A DNA stretch of 64,000 bases. It comes from Macrostomum hystrix (Eukaryota > Animalia > Platyhelminthes). Location of the stretch: NCBI GenBank assembly GCA_950097015.1, contig CATNEN010000001.1, forward strand, positions 15,252,001 through 15,316,000. The letters run 5' to 3'. Below, piece after piece: positions 61,001-64,000 of this stretch. Position numbers and translations under genes: made by a program. How positions within the stretch are numbered: position 1 is the stretch's first letter; every line of letters begins with the position of its first letter. Under the pieces are notes generated by a model. It had not been told where the DNA came from. It did not search any database and saw nothing but the letters and a program-made list of their open reading frames with translations.

Positions 61001-64000
61001 TTGAACAGCCGGTTTGGGCAGTTGGGTGTCTTGCGAATTGTCGCCAGGATTGATGAAAGCGGCGATGACCTTGAGGTATGGGGAATGGGAAAACCAAATA
61101 TTTAAGGAGACCATAAACTACGCTACGATATCAAGGTCTAAAGTCTTTGTACATGACTATAAAGATCTAGGCGGACTTTTAAAATCTACCTGAATATCTA
61201 GATCTTTGTTAATCTACCTGAAGAAGTAGGTATTTGTTTATCAAGCTGAAGATCTATATCTTTGATAATCTACCTGAAGAAGTAGGTCTTTGTTTATCTA
61301 GCTGAAGATCCAGATCTTCGTTAATCTAGCTGAAGATCCAGATCTTCGTTAATCTAGCTGAAGATCCAGATACTTGTTAATCTAGCTGAAGAAGTAGGTC
61401 TTTTTATATCTTGCTGAATATCGTATATCATGTTCATATAACTGAAGATCTATGTCTTTGTTTATCTAGCTGAAGACTTAAGTATTTTTTATCTAGCTGA
61501 AGATCTTAGTCTTTGTTTATCTAGCTGATGATCTAGGTGTTTGTTTATCTAGCTAAATATCAAGGTCATTGTTTTATTTGTGTGAATACACAACTCGTTG
61601 ATTAATTTACACTAAAGCATCTGCTATCGCCGGCTTACTCACCTGCAGATTAGCCTCAGTCAGCTCCTCCTCAGCTCGCTGACGATTCAAAGCCTGCTCG
61701 GCGTCCCAGGAGCTAGCCGTGCTGCCAGTGCCAAAGCCGGTGCCCTTGGCCCAGTAATGCTTCTTCTCTTCGTAGCTGACACCGGCAGTTGGCCCGCTGC
61801 CACCAACTGAAGCGGCCGCGGTTGAAAAACCTGGCGGCGGAGGCAGCTGACTGTGCTGCTGCTGCTGTTGCTGTTGAAGCTGCTGCAGATGCTGCTGTTG
61901 TTGCTGATAAAGTCCTGCAATGCCACCGGCGTGACTAGGCTGGGAATTCAACTGAAATTGCAAAGTTTCCATAGCCAGTTGAAGTGTAGCAGCTTGCACA
62001 ATGTCTGGCTGATTCTGTTGCTGCTGCTGCTGCTGCTGCTGAGGTGGGTGGTGGCTGAGCACAGACAGGCAGGACAGGCAGAGGTCCAGGATGCCCAGTC
62101 GGACAGACTCCTGGCGGAGTCTCAGATCCTCTTCGCTAGACGCCTGCCGCTGCTCGTAGAGTCTCTGCAGCACCCTGAAGGGTAGGATCGGCAGCGGGGT
62201 GGAATACCTGCCAGCCAGCAGGCTGACACCGTCGGCATCTTCGCTGACACCCAGGGCCAGCCTGAGAAGGCACTGAGCCTCGCGTCTCCTAGCCAACAAG
62301 ATGGAATCGTATCCGGGCAGTCTGAGAAACAGGCCGAAGGCGATCAGCGAATAGGTGGGCAGCACCGAATTTGAAGCTGACGAAGCCAGTCGGTTGGACT
62401 GTCCGCCGCCTATCGAATGACTCGACGCTGACTTCTTACCCGGCCCGTAGGTGGTCCAGTAGCCGACGCCGGAACCACCGGGTCCTACGCCGCTTCCGCC
62501 AACACCGACAACCGCCGATGTCATCGGAGGCGGCACGTCGAAGTCTAGTCCGGACGCCGGCGCGTTGGCAGCGGCTGCCGCTGCGGCGGCGGCGGCGGCC
62601 GCGGCAGCCGCAGTCGTTGAATTGCTCTCGTACATTTCCATATCGTCGCCGGAGGTGCTGTAGGAATCCGGCGAGCCTTCGTCGGCGTAGGCGTAGCCGC
62701 TGCTGCTGCTGATGACGCTCAGACCTCCTCCGCCGCCGCCGCCGCCACCACCGCTGCCGCCGGCATTACCGCCTCCGCCTGTGGCAGCGCCGGAGCCGAG
62801 TTTGCCTGAGGCGGCAGCAGCAGCGGCAGCGTCCGAGCAGCTGGACATGGCCAGGCAGAACAGGCCAGGATACAGGGCCGGAAGCAGTTGGGCTAGTAAG
62901 CTCAGACCACCAACAGACGCGAAAGTGTCCAGCGGCGATGCTACAGGCCGCATCGACAACAGTTCATGATCTTTGGCATCAGCTGGGGCTGCTATAAAGT
63001 TGTTAGATATGTTAGATAAAATTTAACCGCTCCAAGTAACTATGAAATATCTCATTTAAGGAATTTTCTAATTAATATTCAAACTTGTTCCCTGAGTGGG
63101 GTGAGTGGCAGAGAGGTCTAACGCGTTTGCCTCTCGCACCAAGGTCCCTGAGCTCGATTCCGCAGCGAGGCCACATTAGAATTTAGGACGCAGCCGCGGA
63201 GAGAAGGCTTGTGGGCCAACCTCCAAGGCACAGTGAAAGTGTACACTACTTGACGATGAGAAAGTCAGGGCAGATGTACACACCTGTTTGAGTGTATGCC
63301 TGCGTACAGTATCTGTGTGCGTGTGTGCTCAGGAGTCAGCGAAATGGAGCAGCAGAATTGCCTCCTCGCTGGCTGCGGGTCTAGTGTCACTAAATCATGT
63401 GCCCGCAGCCCTCTTGCAATTAGTACTATTATTATTATTATTCATAACTATTATTATTATTACTATTATTATTATTACTATTATTATTATTTTTATTATT
63501 CTTACTAAACAGTAATCTTACCAGCTGGTCCGGTGGCCAATCTCAGACTCAGATAAGGCCTTAGCGCTTGACCATTCACAGACACCAATCGTTTCATCAG
63601 TTGAGCCAGGGTCAGTTCAGCTGGCAGAGGTCCCAGATCTGGGGAATCTTCGTTCCACAGCCGCGGACAAGATGACGGCTGCTTCGGCTGCTGCTGTTGC
63701 TTTTGCTTCTGACTGCGACTAACGCCAGACGATGTCTTCTGCTGCTGTTCGCTAGACTTCTTTAACTTGCCAGATGACCCGTCGGCATTGCCAGACGAAG
63801 ATGACTTACTAGGTAGCAGTCCGGCAACGCTGCTAATCTGTTCGATCAGCTGCAGGCCGAATTTGGTGCTCTCGTAGGCGTAGCTGCTGAACGCGCCGCC
63901 GCCGCCAGACGAAGAAGACTTACTACCGCCGGCGCCGCCGCTAGAATATTTACCGTATTTTCCGCCGCCATAATATGAGTAGTCTTTGTCGCCAACCGCG
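58088..64000 (-). CDS. BIRC6: BIRC6/Bruce/Apollon 3' portion with UBC domain; exons >64000-63522, 62991-61643, 61069-60473, 60004-59474, 58852-58088
   Basis: [78 protein letters not shown] core [29 protein letters not shown] with catalytic Cys, [11 protein letters not shown]. Junctions are in phase. Confidence 0.95.
60083..60415. repeat. 30-bp minisatellite (GCATGGATGGGACAGGTGGGTCATGGGACT) plus short 21-bp repeat in a BIRC6 intron
   Basis: Tandem array. Confidence 0.88.
61180..61560. repeat. Degenerate 28-bp repeat (TCTAGCTGAAGATCCAGATCTTCGTTAA) in a BIRC6 intron
   Basis: Older, diverged tandem array. Confidence 0.8.
63098..63500 (+). mobile_element. Most complete copy of the tRNA-headed SINE, in a BIRC6 intron (antisense)
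   Basis: A-box-like GTGGCAGAGAGGT, B-box-like GCTCGATTCC, ~250-bp body and (TAT)n tail at 63425-63500. Two homologous copies elsewhere in the window. Confidence 0.82.

Noticed and set aside
63098-63175. Functional tRNA gene
   Set aside because: The cloverleaf is imperfect, and it continues into a repeated body with a (TAT)n tail, i.e. a SINE head.

Overview
Eukaryotic (animal) nuclear DNA with GT-AG introns, poly-Q/A/G-rich proteins and a very high load of 10-42-bp minisatellites. This style suggests a free-living flatworm such as Macrostomum (inference). Exons were assembled by hand with splice-phase checks. + strand: one 7-finger C2H2 gene. - strand: Dbx homeobox, a coiled-coil orphan, a frameshifted alpha-SNAP-like copy, a melatonin-receptor-like GPCR (6 exons), FPGS, a TMEM70/186/223-like mitochondrial membrane protein, a HINT protein, a MED29/Intersex-like protein and the 3' part of BIRC6/Bruce. 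Mobile DNA: a near-intact mariner (perfect 29-bp TIRs, one nonsense codon), two inverted hAT-type MITEs and three copies of a tRNA-headed SINE. Most long ORFs in the ORF track are repeat artefacts. Leading hypothesis: BIRC6-MED29-HINT-TMEM-FPGS is a trans-spliced operon inflated by repeats. Three of its four downstream acceptors (TTTCAG) are in phase 0, so the AUG ending the flatworm spliced leader could supply the start for N-terminal targeting peptides of HINT and FPGS. Second hypothesis: inverted copies of one minisatellite family in introns 1/4 and 5 of the GPCR could pair around in-frame exon blocks, causing skipping or circRNA.
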